DNA of 64,000 nucleotides from assembly GCF_009914755.1 (NCBI RefSeq), contig NC_060940.1. One strand, written 5' to 3'. The notes beneath the pieces were generated by a model. The model was not told where the DNA came from. It did not search any database and saw only the letters and a list, made by a program, of their open reading frames with translations. The translations under genes were made by a program, and so were the position numbers. Source of the DNA: the human T2T-CHM13v2.0 reference genome, Homo sapiens. Below are positions 34,162-48,181 of the stretch, piece by piece. The number at the start of each line of letters is the position of its first letter. Positions within the stretch are counted from its first letter, which is position 1.

Positions 34162-34552
34162 CAGGGGTCCCTGACCCCTGGGCCATGGACATGTACTGGT
34201 CTGTGGCCTGTTAGGAACTGGGCCACAGAGCAGAAGGTGAATGGTGGGTAACAATTGAAGCTTCGTCTGTATTTCTGGCTGCTCCCCATTGCTTGCATTG
34301 CTGCCTGAGCTCTGCCTCCTGTCAGATCAGCAGCATCATTAGATTCTTACAGGAGCATGAACCCTGTTGTGAATTGCACACACGAGGGATCCAGGTTGCA
34401 TATTCCTTATGAGAATCTAATTCCTGATGATTTGTGGTGGAACAGTTTCATCCCAAGACCATTACCATCCTGCGCCCCATCCCATGCCGCCTGTGGAAAA
34501 ATTGTCTTCCACAAAGCCGGTCCCTGGTGCCAAAAATGTTGGGGACTGCTGT
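34162..34552 (+). mobile_element. MER1-type hAT/Charlie DNA transposon
   Basis: caggggtccc...ggggactgctg termini; internal gcctgttaggaactgggcc and cattagattct motifs. Confidence 0.7.
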
Positions 34553-34604
34553 GCTTTAGAATCTGCCATGAATCTGCAGCCTCTATTATATAGCTCCCTA
34601 TAGA

Positions 34605-34921
34605 CTTTGCTTCCTGATCAATGTACTTTGTAATCTGCCCCACTCTTAAGAAGGTTCTTTATAATCTCCCCCACCCTTAAGAAGTTTCTTTGTAATTCTC
34701 CTCACCCTTGAGAATGTACTTTATGAGATCCACCTCCTGCCCCCAAAACACTGCTCTTAACTCCACCGCTTATCCCCAAACCTATAAGAACCAGTGATAA
34801 TCACACCACCCTTTGCTGACTCCTTTTTCGGACTCAGCCCGCCTGCACCCAGGTGAAATAAACAGCCATGTTGCTCACACAAAGCATGTTTGGTGGTCTC
34901 TTCACACAGACATGTGAGACA
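34605..34921 (+). mobile_element. 5'-truncated second LTR7-family LTR
   Basis: Same aatgtactttgtaatct..ccccacccttaagaag repeats and R/U5 (ggactcagcccgcctgcacccaggtgaaataaacagcc) as the neighbouring LTR. Confidence 0.85.
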
Positions 34922-35089
34922 GGAGTTCGAGACCAGCCTGGCCAATCTGGTGAAACTCTGTCTCTACTAAAAATACAAAAATTAGCTGGGCATGGTGGCG
35001 GGCACCTGTAATCCCAGCTACTTGGGAAGCTGAGGCACAAAAATTGCTTGAACCCAGGAGGCAGAGTTTGCAGTGAGCCAAGATCACAC

Positions 35090-35546
35090 TGTCAGGCCTC
35101 TGAGCCCAAGCCAAGCCACTGCATCCCCTGTGACTTGCACGTATACATCCAGATGGCCTGAAGTAACTGAAGATCCACACAAGAAGTAAAAATAGCCTTA
35201 ACTGATGACATTCCACCATTGTGATTAGTTTCTGCCCCACCCTAACTCTTCAATGTACTTTGTAATCTCCCCCACCCTTAAGAAGGTACTTTGTAATCTC
35301 CCCAACCCTTAAGAAGGTTCTTTGTAATTCTCCCCACCCTTGAGAATGTACTTTGTGAGATCCACCCCTGCCCGCAAAACATGGCTCTTCACCCCCTATC
35401 CCAAAACCTGTAAGAACTAATGATAATCCACCACCCTTTGCTGACTCTCTTTTCGGACTCAGCCCGCCTGCACCCAGGTGAAATAAACAGCCATGTTGCT
35501 CACACAAAGCCTGTTTGGTGGTCTCTTCACACCGACGCGCATGAAA
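35090..35546 (+). mobile_element. Full-length solo LTR7 (HERV-H LTR) inserted in an Alu
   Basis: Begins TGTCAGGCCTCTGAGCCCAAGC, ends GCGCATGAAA, 457 bp, 5-bp TSD CACAC (35085-35089 and 35547-35551). The Alu sequence resumes after it. Confidence 0.9.
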
Positions 35547-36343
35547 CACACGACTGCACTTCAGGCTGGGCGACAGAGCTAGATTCCATCTCAAAAAAAA
35601 TAAAATAAAAAGGAGTCACCACCCCCGAGAGGCCTCTGGACCACCCCATCTGAGCAGGCCACTCTTCCTTCTCTATCTTACCATCTTGTTTCTGTCCCAG
35701 TAGTTAGGGCTACCTCTAGTAATCCTATTTGTCCCTTTACTGTTTAGTGCGTCTCGCTTGACTAGAAGCTCCATGAAAGCAGAGACCCTACCTGCCTCCT
35801 TCGCCACTAGACCCCCAGGGCCCGGTATGTGGTGATCGCTCAGGGCCCATTTTCTTCCTTTCCTCCTCCTCCAAGGGTGGGGAAAGAGCATCAGAAGGTC
35901 TAGGTGGCCCCAGGCCCAAACAATGCTCCTTTAAAAGGAAACCAGATTGTTACAAAGGTCAGAGGCTGAAAAGTTATTTCCGCCTTTTATCCCTCTAAAT
36001 TCTTCACTTCCTGAAAAAACAAACAAAAAAAAGCCACTGAGGGCCCTTGGACTAAATCCAGGCCTGAGTTGCTGGGCAGAGGTCAGTCTTGTCCAGACAT
36101 GGGAAAAAAATAACTCGAGTCAGACAGGTGGGTCACCAGAGAACGAATCCAGCCTGCAAATGGCCTGTGCAATCTTCAGCTCTGTCCAGACCTGCCTCCC
36201 TCTGGGGATGCCTTTAAAGGTGATGAATGACCTGGATGAATGGGCTTAGAAGATAAGAGGGAAAAACAAATATCACAGGTCAAATCGTTATTTGTCTTCA
36301 AGTTTAACACCGTCTACTGGACTGAAAGATGTCCAAAGAATAG

Positions 36344-36574
<231 letters not shown>

Positions 36575-36830
36575 TGACCAGGCTGGTCTCGAACTCCTGA
36601 CCTCAGGTGATCCACCTGCCTCGGCATCCCAGAGTGCTGGGATTACAGGCGTGAGCCACCGTGCCCGGCCAACTACATAAATTCCTAACAACGTATCTCC
36701 AGAAAGTATAGGCACAACAGCACATGCAGTCATTCCTGTAATTAAGTGCTCCGGGAGGCCAAGGCAAGAAGATCCCTTGAGCCCAGGAGTTTGAGACCAG
36801 CCTGGACAACATAGCAAGACTGTGTCTCTA

Positions 36831-37380
<550 letters not shown>

Positions 37381-38115
37381 TCAATCAAGGCTAGGAGATT
37401 GAGACTGCAGAAGGAAACCCTGTCTCTAAAAACAAGGTCCAGCTAAAATCAGGGTCCAGCTCCACCACAAGCACAGCTCCAGGGGCTGTTGAGTTTTGCC
37501 TCTACCATTCCAAGTAGTCTCTGCTCCAGACCAAGTCCCACCATCTGGCAGTCATGTCAGTCCAACCACAGTCATATCAAGGCGCTTCCAGTCATTGAGT
37601 GCCCCTTGAGGAGGCTGGAGGAGAGGCCAATGACATTTGCACTTGAGACTCCAGAGTCTAGATTTATAACCACTATGTTACGGCTGCCAGTGTGGCTGCA
37701 AGGACACTTCTTTCATTCATTCATTTACAATAGATGTAGCATCTGCTGTGTGCCAGATGCCATTCTAGGTTCTAGGGAAACAAGGCACAGCCCCTGTTTT
37801 CCAAGGCATCCACATTCTAGGAAAGACTGCTACCAGCCTGGCGTGGTGGCTCATGCCTGTAATCCCAGTACTTTGGGAAGCCGAGGTGGGCAGATCACTT
37901 GATGTCAGGAGTTCAAGACTAGCCTGACCAACATGGGGAAACCCCGTCTCTACTAAAAATACAAAATTATCCAGGTGCGGTGGCGCATGCCTGTAATCCC
38001 AGCTACTCGGGAGGCTGAGGAGGAGAATCGCTTGAACCCAGGAGGCGGAGGCTGTGGTGAACCGAGATCGCACCACTGCACTCCAGCCTAGGCAACAAGA
38101 GCGAAACACCATCTC

Positions 38116-38146
<31 letters not shown>

Positions 38147-38314
38147 AAACCGCATCTCTACTAACAATACAAAAATTAGCTGGGCAAGGAGCTAGGTGAT
38201 TATAGTACCAGCTACTCAAGAGGCTGATGCAGGAGAATCACTAAATCGCATCTCTACTAAAAATACAAAAATTAGCTGGGCAAGGAGCCGGGTGACTATA
38301 GTACCAGCTACTCA

Positions 38315-38500
<186 letters not shown>

Positions 38501-38737
38501 TCACTGGAGCCCAGGAGTTTGAAACCAGCCTAGGCAACATAGTGAGACCCTGTCTCTATATTAAACACACACACATGCACACACACACACACACACACAC
38601 ACAAAGGCAGCCAGACTATGCACAAGGAACTGCCCTGGGAATCCCTTTGCATTCTCACAACAATCCCATTTCACAGATGAAGAAACCAAGGCACAGAAAT
38701 ATTAAGTAACGTGTCCAGGTGTGGTGGCTCATGCCTA

Positions 38738-39099
<362 letters not shown>

Positions 39100-39361
39100 T
39101 CATGCCTGCAGCCTCTGCACTCCTGCTACTTACTGTGTGAGAAGCGCCTGTTCTGTGGAAGGTTGTGGGCTGAGATCTTTCCATGAGTTCCACTCATTTA
39201 CCCCCAAGGCTGTTCTTAAAGACAGGCATGACAGTTATGCCCATTTTACAGATGCGGCCCTGAGGCTCACAAGGGCACGCCACTCGCCCATTTCCACAAA
39301 GCTATAGCTCGTTAGCGGAGGGCAGAATTCGGCCGCCTCTCCCCTAGCTCGAAGGCTGTGA

Positions 39362-39946
<585 letters not shown>

Positions 39947-40208
39947 TAAACCCTGTCTCTACTAAAAATACAAAAATTACCCAGACGTGGTGGCACATGC
40001 CTGTAGTCCCAGCTACTCAAGAGGCTGAGGCAGGAGAATCACTTGAACCTGGGAGGTGGAGGTTGCAGTGACCCAAAATCATGCACTCTAGCCTGGGGTC
40101 TCGCTTTTGCCCAGGTTAGAGTGCAGTGGCACAATCACAGTGGCTCACTGCAGCCTCAAACTCCTGGGCTGAAGGGAATCCTCCCACCTCAGCCTCCCAA
40201 GTAGTTAG

Positions 40209-40480
<272 letters not shown>

Positions 40481-41641
40481 TGATCCACCTGCCTCGGCCT
40501 CTCAAAGTGTTGGGATTACAGGCATGAGCCACTGAGCCTGGCCTGGTGAGCTAATTTTTAAATTTGTTATAGAGACAAGAGAGACAAGAGTCTCTCTTAT
40601 GTTGCCCAGGCTGGTCTCGACCCCCTGGCCTCAAGTGATCCTCCCACCTCAGCCTCCCAAAGTGCTGGGATTACAGATGGGTGTCACCGCACCTGGCCTC
40701 TGAGGAGGATTTCATTATAAACCTGCCCTGAAGGGAGGGAATCCAATTTTACGAGAGGGTGTAGCCTGGTGAGGCCTGGATGACCTCCGGAGGCAGGGGC
40801 TTGTGCCTGGGCTGAGGCCTAAGGGACAATGGGCAGACATGAAGTTGCCCCAGGCAGAGGGTACAGTGTGGGCAAAGTCAGGAAGTGGCAGGGCTTGGAT
40901 CACTCCAGGAAGAGAGAGGAGTCATGTGTCACAGGAGCTCGAGACCCAGAGAGTGAGGCAGGGAGGCAGGGACCAAGCTTGGGCACAGCCAGGAAGGCAG
41001 GACAGGGCATGGTGGGGCCAATGGAATCATTACCCAAGACGGAGATTTTCAGGGAAACAGCTTAGATAAGGCCAGGCGTACAGTAGCTCCCACCTGTAAT
41101 CCCAGCATTTGGGGAGGCTGAGGTAGGACTGCTGAGCCTGGGAGCTCGAGACCAGCCTAGGCAACATAGTGAGACCCCATATCCATAAAAAATTTAAAAA
41201 AGGAGTTTGTGTTCCTGTAGTAGCAGACTTGGGAGGTTGAGGTGGCAGTATCACTTGAGCCCGGGAGTTCAAGGCTAAAGTGAGCTGATTGAGCCATTGC
41301 ACTCCAGCCTGAGCAACAGAGAGATACGCTGTCTCAAAGGAAATACAAATTAAAAAACCAGCCGGGCATGCTGGCGTGTGCCTGTAGTCTCAGCTACTTG
41401 GGACACTGAAGTGGGAGGATCGCTTGAGCCCAGGAGTTCAAGGCTGCCGTGAGCTATGATTGTGCCTCTGCAGTCCAGCCTGGGCGACAGAGAAAGACCC
41501 TGTCTCTTAAAAAAAAAAAAATCTTAGATAAGAGGATGCTGTGCCTCCCTGGGGGTCTTCAGTCACCCATAGTCCTGGCAAGAGAGGAGGGCCAGGAGAG
41601 AGCTTCACCCACCTGCTGTCCTGCCCATGTGACATCCGCAG

Positions 41642-41748
41642 GTGCTGCCATGGCCACGACTGATGTTACACTCGAGCTGAGGAGGCCGGCTGCAGCCCCA
41701 AGACAGAGCGCTACTCCTGGCAGTGCGTCAATCAGAGCGTCCTGTGCG
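41642..41748 (+). pseudogene. Isolated group X secretory phospholipase A2 (PLA2G10) exon with stop: CCHGHD*CYTRAEEAGCSPKTERYSWQCVNQSVLC
   Basis: ccgcag acceptor, gtgagt donor, 107 nt. The sPLA2 CCxxHDxC catalytic motif has TGA at 41661-41663. Confidence 0.9.
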
Positions 41749-41916
41749 GTGAGTCCCCAGCACCACCATGCCACCCACCCCGAGTATCCCCTGGGCATCC
41801 TGGCATAGCCAGATGACTTCCGTGCCCCTGTTGCAATAACCACTGCTTCCAAGTCTCTATAGACCACCCCTTGGGTATATCTAATGTAAGTGATATTTAT
41901 TTTATTTATTTTTTGA

Positions 41917-42198
<282 letters not shown>

Positions 42199-42780
42199 TA
42201 ATGTGAGTGATCTTTAACACTGAGCACTTGAAAAAGAAAACCCTGAAGAAACCTAATTCTTTGATGTCTGGACGACAAGGAAGAAGATAGAAATGGCATC
42301 AGATAATAAACAGTGTAAATGTTTATCAGAAAGAGGCTGGTGGTCGGGACAAGTAGGAGGATCGCTTGAGTCCAGGAGTGCATCTCTACAAAAAAGTTAA
42401 AGGATTTTTTAACATTGGCCAGGCGTGGTGGCACACATCATCTGTGATCCCAGCTACTTGGGAGGCTGGGGCAGGAGGATTGCTTGAAGCCCAGGAGGTT
42501 GAGGCTGCAGTGAGCTGTGATCGAGCCACTGCACTCCAGCCTGGGTGACACAGCAAAATCCAGTCTCAAAAAAAATAATAATAATATTTTACATAACCAA
42601 CCACTTCTAAAGATTAAAAAAAAACCCCTATGATTAAAAACCTCAGGTCCCTCAGGCAATCATACCAGATATCGAAACAAAGCAATAACATAAGGACTGC
42701 AGTATTTATTTTATTTTTATATTATTTATTTATTCTTTGTTAGTTTTTGGAGTGTGGGTTTTGTTTTGTTTTTTGAATTT

Positions 42781-42806
42781 TTTATTTTGTTCTACTCGGT
42801 TTTATT
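42781..42806 (-). terminator. AATAAA polyadenylation signals of the NPIPB gene
   Basis: tttatt at 42801-42806 and 42781-42786, 35-60 nt after the stop codon. Confidence 0.65.
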
Positions 42807-42840
42807 CTTATTGCTCAGGCTTGAGTGCACTGGCCTCTTC

Positions 42841-45600
42841 TCAGCTCAACCTCCGCCTCTTGGGTTCGGGTAATGATGGTTCCACGTCAGCGGCCCTCCG
42901 CCTCTTGGGTTTGCGTGACGGTTCCACGTCACCGACCCTCCGCCTCTTGGGTTCGGGTGATGATGGTTCCACGTCAGCGGCCCTCCGCCTCTTGGGTTTG
43001 CGTGACGGTTCCACATCACCGACCCTCCGCCTCTTGGGTTCGGGTGATGATGGTTCCACGTCAGCGGCCCTCCGCCTCTTGGGTTTGCGTGACGGTTCCA
43101 CGTCACCGACCCTCCGCCTCTTGGGTTCGGGAGGTGGTTCCATCTCAGCCGCCCTCTGCCTCTTGGGTTTGCGTGGTTTTTCTGCCTCAGCCTCCTGAGT
43201 AGCTAAGGGAGGTGTCTTGAGATTATCATCGGCTGAGGGTGGAAGCGGCCCCCGCAGACGCTCGGCAGGTGTCTTGATATTATCATCTGCTGAGGGTGGA
43301 GCTGAGGGTGGAAGGGGAGTGAGCTGACGCTCGGAAGGTGTCTTGAGATTATCATCCGCTGAGGGTGGAAGCGGCCCCCGCAGACGCTCGGCAGGTGTCT
43401 TGATATTATCATCTGCTGAGGGTGGAGCTGAGGGTGGAAGGGGAGTGAGCTGACGCTCGGAAGGTGTCTTGAGATTATCATCCGCTGAGGGTGGAAGCGG
43501 CCCCCGCAGACGCTCGGCAGGTGTCTTGATATTATCATCTGCTGAGGGTGGAGCTGAGGGTGGAAGGGGAGTGAGCTGACGCTCGGAAGGTGTCTTGAGA
43601 TTATCATCCGCTGAGGGTGGAAGCGGCCCCCGCAGACGCTCCCCGCAGACGCTCGGCAGGTGTCTTGATATTATCATCTGCTGAGGGTGGAGCTGAGGGT
43701 GGAAAGGGAGTGAGCTGACGCTCGGAAGGTGTCTTGAGATTATCATCCGCTGAGGGTGGAAGCGGCCCCCGCAGACGCTCGGCAGGTGTCTTGATATTAT
43801 CATCTGCTGAGGGTGGAGCTGAGGGTGGAAGGGGAGTGAGCTGACGCTCGGAAGGTGTCTTGAGATTATCATCTGCTGAGGGTGGAAGCGGCCCCCGCAG
43901 ACGCTCGGCAGGTGTCTTGATATTATCATCTGCTGAGGGTGGAGCTGAGGGTGGAAGGGGAGTGAGCTGACGCTCGGAAGGTGTCTTGAGATTATCATCC
44001 GCTGAGGGTGGAAGCGGCCCCCGCAGACGCTCGGCAGGTGTCTTGATATTATCATCTGCTGAGGGTGGAGCTGAGGGTGGAAGGGGAGTGAGCTGACGCT
44101 CGGAAGGTGTCTTGAGATTATCATCTGCTGAGGGTGGAAGCGGCCCCCGCAGACGCTCGGCAGGTGTCTTGATATTATCATCTGCTGAGGGTGGAGCTGA
44201 GGGTGGAAGGGGAGTGAGCTGACGCTCGGAAGGTGTCTTGAGATTATCATCCGCTCAGGGTGGAAGCGGCCCCCGCAGACGCTCGGCAGGTGTCTTGATA
44301 TTATCATCTGCTGAGGGTGGAGCTGAGGGTGGAAGGGGAGTGAGCTGACGCTCGGAAGGTGTCTTGAGATTATCATCGGCTGATGGTGGAAGCGGAATCC
44401 GCAGACGCTCAGCAGGTATCTTGATATTATCATCTGCTGAGGGTGGAGCTGAGGGTGGAAGGGGAGTGAGCTGACGCTCGGAAGGTGTCTTGAGATCATC
44501 CGCTGAGGGTGGAAGGCAGGTGTCTTGATATTATCATCTGCTGAGGGTGGAGCTGAGGGTGGAAGGGGAGTGAGCTGACGCTCGGAAGGTGTCTTGAGAT
44601 TATCATCCGCTGAGGGTGGAAGCGGCCCCCGCAGACGCTCGGCAGGTGTCTTGATATTATCATCTGCTGAGGGTGGAAGGGCAGTGAGCTGACGCTCGGA
44701 AGGTGTCTTGAGATTATCATCCGCTGAGGGTGGAAGCGGCCCCCGCAGACGCTCGGCAGGTGTCTTGATATTATCATCTGCTGAGGGTGGAGCTGAGGGT
44801 GGAAGGGGAGTGAGCTGACGCTCGGAAGGTGTCTTGAGATTATCATCCGCTGAGGGTGGAAGCGGCCCCCGCAGACGCTCAGCAGGTGTCTTGATATTAT
44901 CATCTGCTGAGGGTGGAGCTGAGGGTGGAAGGGGAGTGAGCTGACGCTCGGAAGGTGTCTTGAGATTATCATCCGCTGAGGGTGGAAGCGGCCCCCGCAG
45001 ACGCTCGGCAGGTGTCTTGATATTATCATCTGCTGAGGGTGGAGCTGAGGGTGGAAGGGGAGTGAGCTGACGCTCGGAAGGTGTCTTGAGATTATCATCC
45101 GCTGAGGGTGGAAGGGGATGGAGCAGACACTCGGCACGTGTCTTGAGATTATCATCCGCTGAGGGTGGAGCTGAGGGTAGAGCTGAGGGTGGAAGGGGAG
45201 TGAGCAGACACTCGGGAGGTGTCTTGAGATTATCATCCGCTGAGGGTGGAAGGGGAGTGAGCAGACACTCAGGAGGTGTCTTGAGATTATCATCCGCTGA
45301 GGGTGGAAGGGGAGTGAGCACACACTCGGGAGGTGTCTTGAGATTATCATCCGCTGAGGGTGGAAGGGGAGTGAGCACACACTCGGGAGGTGTCTTGAGA
45401 TTATCATCCGCTGAGGGTGGAAGGGGAGTGAGCAGACACTCGGGAGGTGTCTTGAGGCTCAGGGAGTTATCAGTTATAGAATGTTGTTGAGTTGGAGGAG
45501 GTGGCTGGTGGCCCATCCTGTTTTTTAAAGTTTCAGCTGTGAGGTAGGGCCAGTAGGGCAATCCTGAAGAATGACGATGCTCCGCTGCCGCCATTCTGAC
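42841..45600 (-). CDS. NPIPB5: NPIPB last coding exon (919 codons + stop), VNTR-encoded proline-rich tail
   Basis: ggccctacag acceptor, then [36 protein letters not shown]...SADDNLKTP repeats...PEPKRRRLS*; ORF 42841..45630. Paralog assigned from adjacency to OTOAP1, so the family is more certain than the paralog number. Confidence 0.88.
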   Translation of the reverse strand, partial: VRMAAAEHRHSSGLPYWPYLTAETLKNRMGHQPPPPTQQHSITDNSLSLKTPPECLLTPLPPSADDNLKTPPECVLTPLPPSADDNLKTPPECVLTPLPPSADDNLKTPPECLLTPLPPSADDNLKTPPECLLTPLPPSALPSAPPSADDNLKTRAECLLHPLPPSADDNLKTPSERQLTPLPPSAPPSADDNIKTPAERLRGPLPPSADDNLKTPSERQLTPLPPSAPPSADDNIKTPAERLRGPLPPSADDNLKTPSERQLTPLPPSAPPSADDNIKTPAERLRGPLPPSADDNLKTPSERQLTALPPSADDNIKTPAERLRGPLPPSADDNLKTPSERQLTPLPPSAPPSADDNIKTPAFHPQRMISRHLPSVSSLPFHPQLHPQQMIISRYLLSVCGFRFHHQPMIISRHLPSVSSLPFHPQLHPQQMIISRHLPSVCGGRFHPERMIISRHLPSVSSLPFHPQLHPQQMIISRHLPSVCGGRFHPQQMIISRHLPSVSSLPFHPQLHPQQMIISRHLPSVCGGRFHPQRMIISRHLPSVSSLPFHPQLHPQQMIISRHLPSVCGGRFHPQQMIISRHLPSVSSLPFHPQLHPQQMIISRHLPSVCGGRFHPQRMIISRHLPSVSSLPFHPQLHPQQMIISRHLPSVCGERLRGPLPPSADDNLKTPSERQLTPLPPSAPPSADDNIKTPAERLRGPLPPSADDNLKTPSERQLTPLPPSAPPSADDNIKTPAERLRGPLPPSADDNLKTPSERQLTPLPPSAPPSADDNIKTPAERLRGPLPPSADDNLKTPPLATQEAEAEKPRKPKRQRAAEMEPPPEPKRRRVGDVEPSRKPKRRRAADVEPSSPEPKRRRVGDVEPSRKPKRRRAADVEPSSPEPKRRRVGDVEPSRKPKRRRAADVEPSLPEPKRRRLS
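42845..43175 (-). repeat. Coding VNTR 2: 87-nt (45+42) unit, [29 protein letters not shown]
   Basis: Eight copies of ctc(c/t)gcctcttgggt on plus strand. Confidence 0.95.
43205..45455 (-). repeat. Coding VNTR 1: 57-nt units grading into a 126-nt (69+57) higher-order repeat
   Basis: Recurrent gtgtcttgagattatcatccgctgagggtggaag; peptide periods of 19, 23 and 42 aa. Confidence 0.97.
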
Positions 45601-46960
45601 CTGTAGGGCCAAAGGAGGGAATGTTTTCACACATATTCATTTGATGGACAAAATTACCGCCACCAACACAGTCTGCACCTTCTGTTGCTGGTGATAGATT
45701 TTTGCACCTTTCCATCCTCCAGGTTTCAAAATAGCAGTATCAGTGTCATAATATCACCCTTCCACTGAGTACTGCCGACAGCTGGAGGGTAAAGGAAAGT
45801 CATTGGGACACACTGTTGTCTCCACATGCCACTGTGTCTGTCTGCAAATGTAGGCAGGCTGGGGTCCTGCCCCAGGGAAGACAGAGTCATAACAGAGTAA
45901 TAAAGAAGCATGTTTGAGACACAGGAGTGTCTATGTCTATCCTCATTCCTCCCTCACAGCCATCACCAGAGCATGTTTCTTGCACCAGGTCAACAGACAG
46001 TAAGAGACAGTAAGAGAGGCATGAAAAGCCCACTGTCCACACATGTTGCAGCTTCTTTTTGGAGAATGTTTTCCAGGCCTTTTATGTTCTGTCTCTGATT
46101 CTCAGAACTCTGCAAGGTCAGTGTGACCACCCTGCTCCAAATCTAAGAAAACAGAGGTTTCCAGAGGAAGGAGAAATTGTGCCCAGGGTCACACAGCTTG
46201 CAAGAGGCAGAGTGGAAGTTGATTCCAGCTCTGCCTGCAGGACCCTCTCATTTCCCCTCTGTTTCCCTTCTTGACAAAGGATCTTCTTCACTCTGGAGGT
46301 GCCACCCATGAGAACAAAGAGCTCTGGAGAGATGTGGATTCCTGAAGAGCTGCAGGGGAACTGGGAGAGGGTTTTCTGACAGAACAATCTCACCTCAAGA
46401 AGTCACTTAGGCATGGCTGTAATATTTCTTTTCACTCCCAGGTAATACCAAATTGTAAGTGCACTAGGACATAAAGAATACTTTTGTCCATGGAAAAATG
46501 AGGTGGGAATTCTAAACAAAGCAAGTTTTAAAACTGTGTTTCACTTCAAGTGTACAAGTCCCATCACGTGTAATCATAGGACTCGGCAGCTTTTGAAGGT
46601 ACAGAGGCCACACAAGAACCAGCTTAGCTGAGCATCATTTAAGGCCTTCATTTGGAATTGTCCCTGTGGGTAATAAGTTACATTCACTCTTCACTAGTTT
46701 ACAGTCAGGGCCCATCTGCTATTACAAATACGGAACCTCTGACACTTAGAATATTAGATCAGGGGCCCCACTGGGTGGGGATGAAGGTGTTTTTGCGCAA
46801 CACGGTTACCAACAGGGATGGGACTGTGATGCTTGTAGGCAGCCTTTCTCTCTGCCATCTCCCTCTGCAGGGCTTGAGCACAGAGCTGTAGGGAGAAAAA
46901 TGTATCCATGTCCTGACCTGGCAGACTATGTCCAAAAGCAAGGAAAACAAGCAAACTTAC

Positions 46961-46996
46961 CCAGTTGCAAAGAGCCTTTCTTGCAGAAGGGGGGAT
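46961..46996 (-). CDS. NPIPB5: NPIPB exon (36 nt): IPPSARKALCNW
   Basis: cttttcag acceptor, gtaagt donor, phase 0 to 0. Confidence 0.88.
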
Positions 46997-47105
46997 CTGA
47001 AAAAGCCAACACATGAGAAATTGAATGTTGAGAGAGTCTAAGGGCCGTGGCATCATCTGCATCAGCACTGAACTATCCTGCAACTGCAGGGAGGAAGCTC
47101 CTTAC

Positions 47106-47166
47106 TTTGCATTTGTGGTAGTCCTCTGCTCGCCGCCGCAACTCTTGCGCACGTTGAAACATTTTC
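47106..47166 (-). CDS. NPIPB5: NPIPB exon (61 nt): KMFQRAQELRRRAEDYHKCK
   Basis: atccatag acceptor, gtaagg donor, phase 2 to 0. Confidence 0.88.
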
Positions 47167-47413
47167 CTATGGATTACAATCACTTTCATCAGATAAAGCA
47201 CCACTTTCAGGATGATTTTAAATAATCTGCCATGTTTCTGTTATCCTCACAACTGTACCCTTACACAATCTATCTCTACCTAGAAAACGTATTTCAGATG
47301 GCTAGAAGAGTACAGTCTGAGCCGGTCACGGTGGCTGACGCCTGTAATCCCAGCACTCTGGGAGGGCGGGGCGGATGGATCACGAGGTCAGGAGATTGAG
47401 ACCATTGTGGCTA

Positions 47414-47674
<261 letters not shown>

Positions 47675-48181
47675 TTACTGCCTGCTGACTTCTGAGATGA
47701 TAGTTTCCTTCCCCATTCTCAGTACATCCCTAATTCATCCTTCATTGAGCATCTTTTATCATAAAGCTGTATTCTCTTTGTATTAATATCCTTACCGTGT
47801 TTCACAGGGCAGAAACAGCTGGGCTTATAAACAGGCATAGTCCTTTTGAAGGATGTGGTTGATCCTACAACAACACACTTTCCTAAGGATGACAACAACT
47901 CACCCCACCCCTAGAATGGCTGGTATGAACCGAGTTTCCACACAGTCTAGCTGGCAATGGGGTCAGGAGACGTTTTGCTACTTCACATCTTTTGGTCACT
48001 GGTAAATATTAAGGTACTTTGTTTTCTGTTTTGTGAACTCTCTCTCGCTCTCTCTCACGATATGTCTTCTGACCGTTTGTTTCTATTTCTGCATTTACTG
48101 GGTCTAAATACTGTACAAAGGTTAAAAACAACACTCCAATGGGCGTTTCCCAAGAGGGTGGGGTACAGTTTCTGAACTCAC

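Noticed and set aside
43205-45455. CRISPR-like array
   Set aside because: Eukaryotic DNA, head-to-tail repeats without unique spacers, translated in frame.
42737-45490. Antisense ORFs 42737..43198, 42825..43202 and 45086..45490 as genes
   Set aside because: Explained by multiple-of-three repeat units that lack stops; no independent promoter or splice evidence.
45601-45630. [10 protein letters not shown] as the start of a single-exon 929-aa protein
   Set aside because: Non-ATG start in intron sequence; a canonical acceptor at 45601/45600 joins upstream exons in phase.
48020-48112. Possible extra NPIP exon (ctttgtacag acceptor, YLDPVNAEIETNGQKTYRERERERVHKTENK)
   Set aside because: Weak donor, phase does not fit the neighbouring exons, no recognisable homology.
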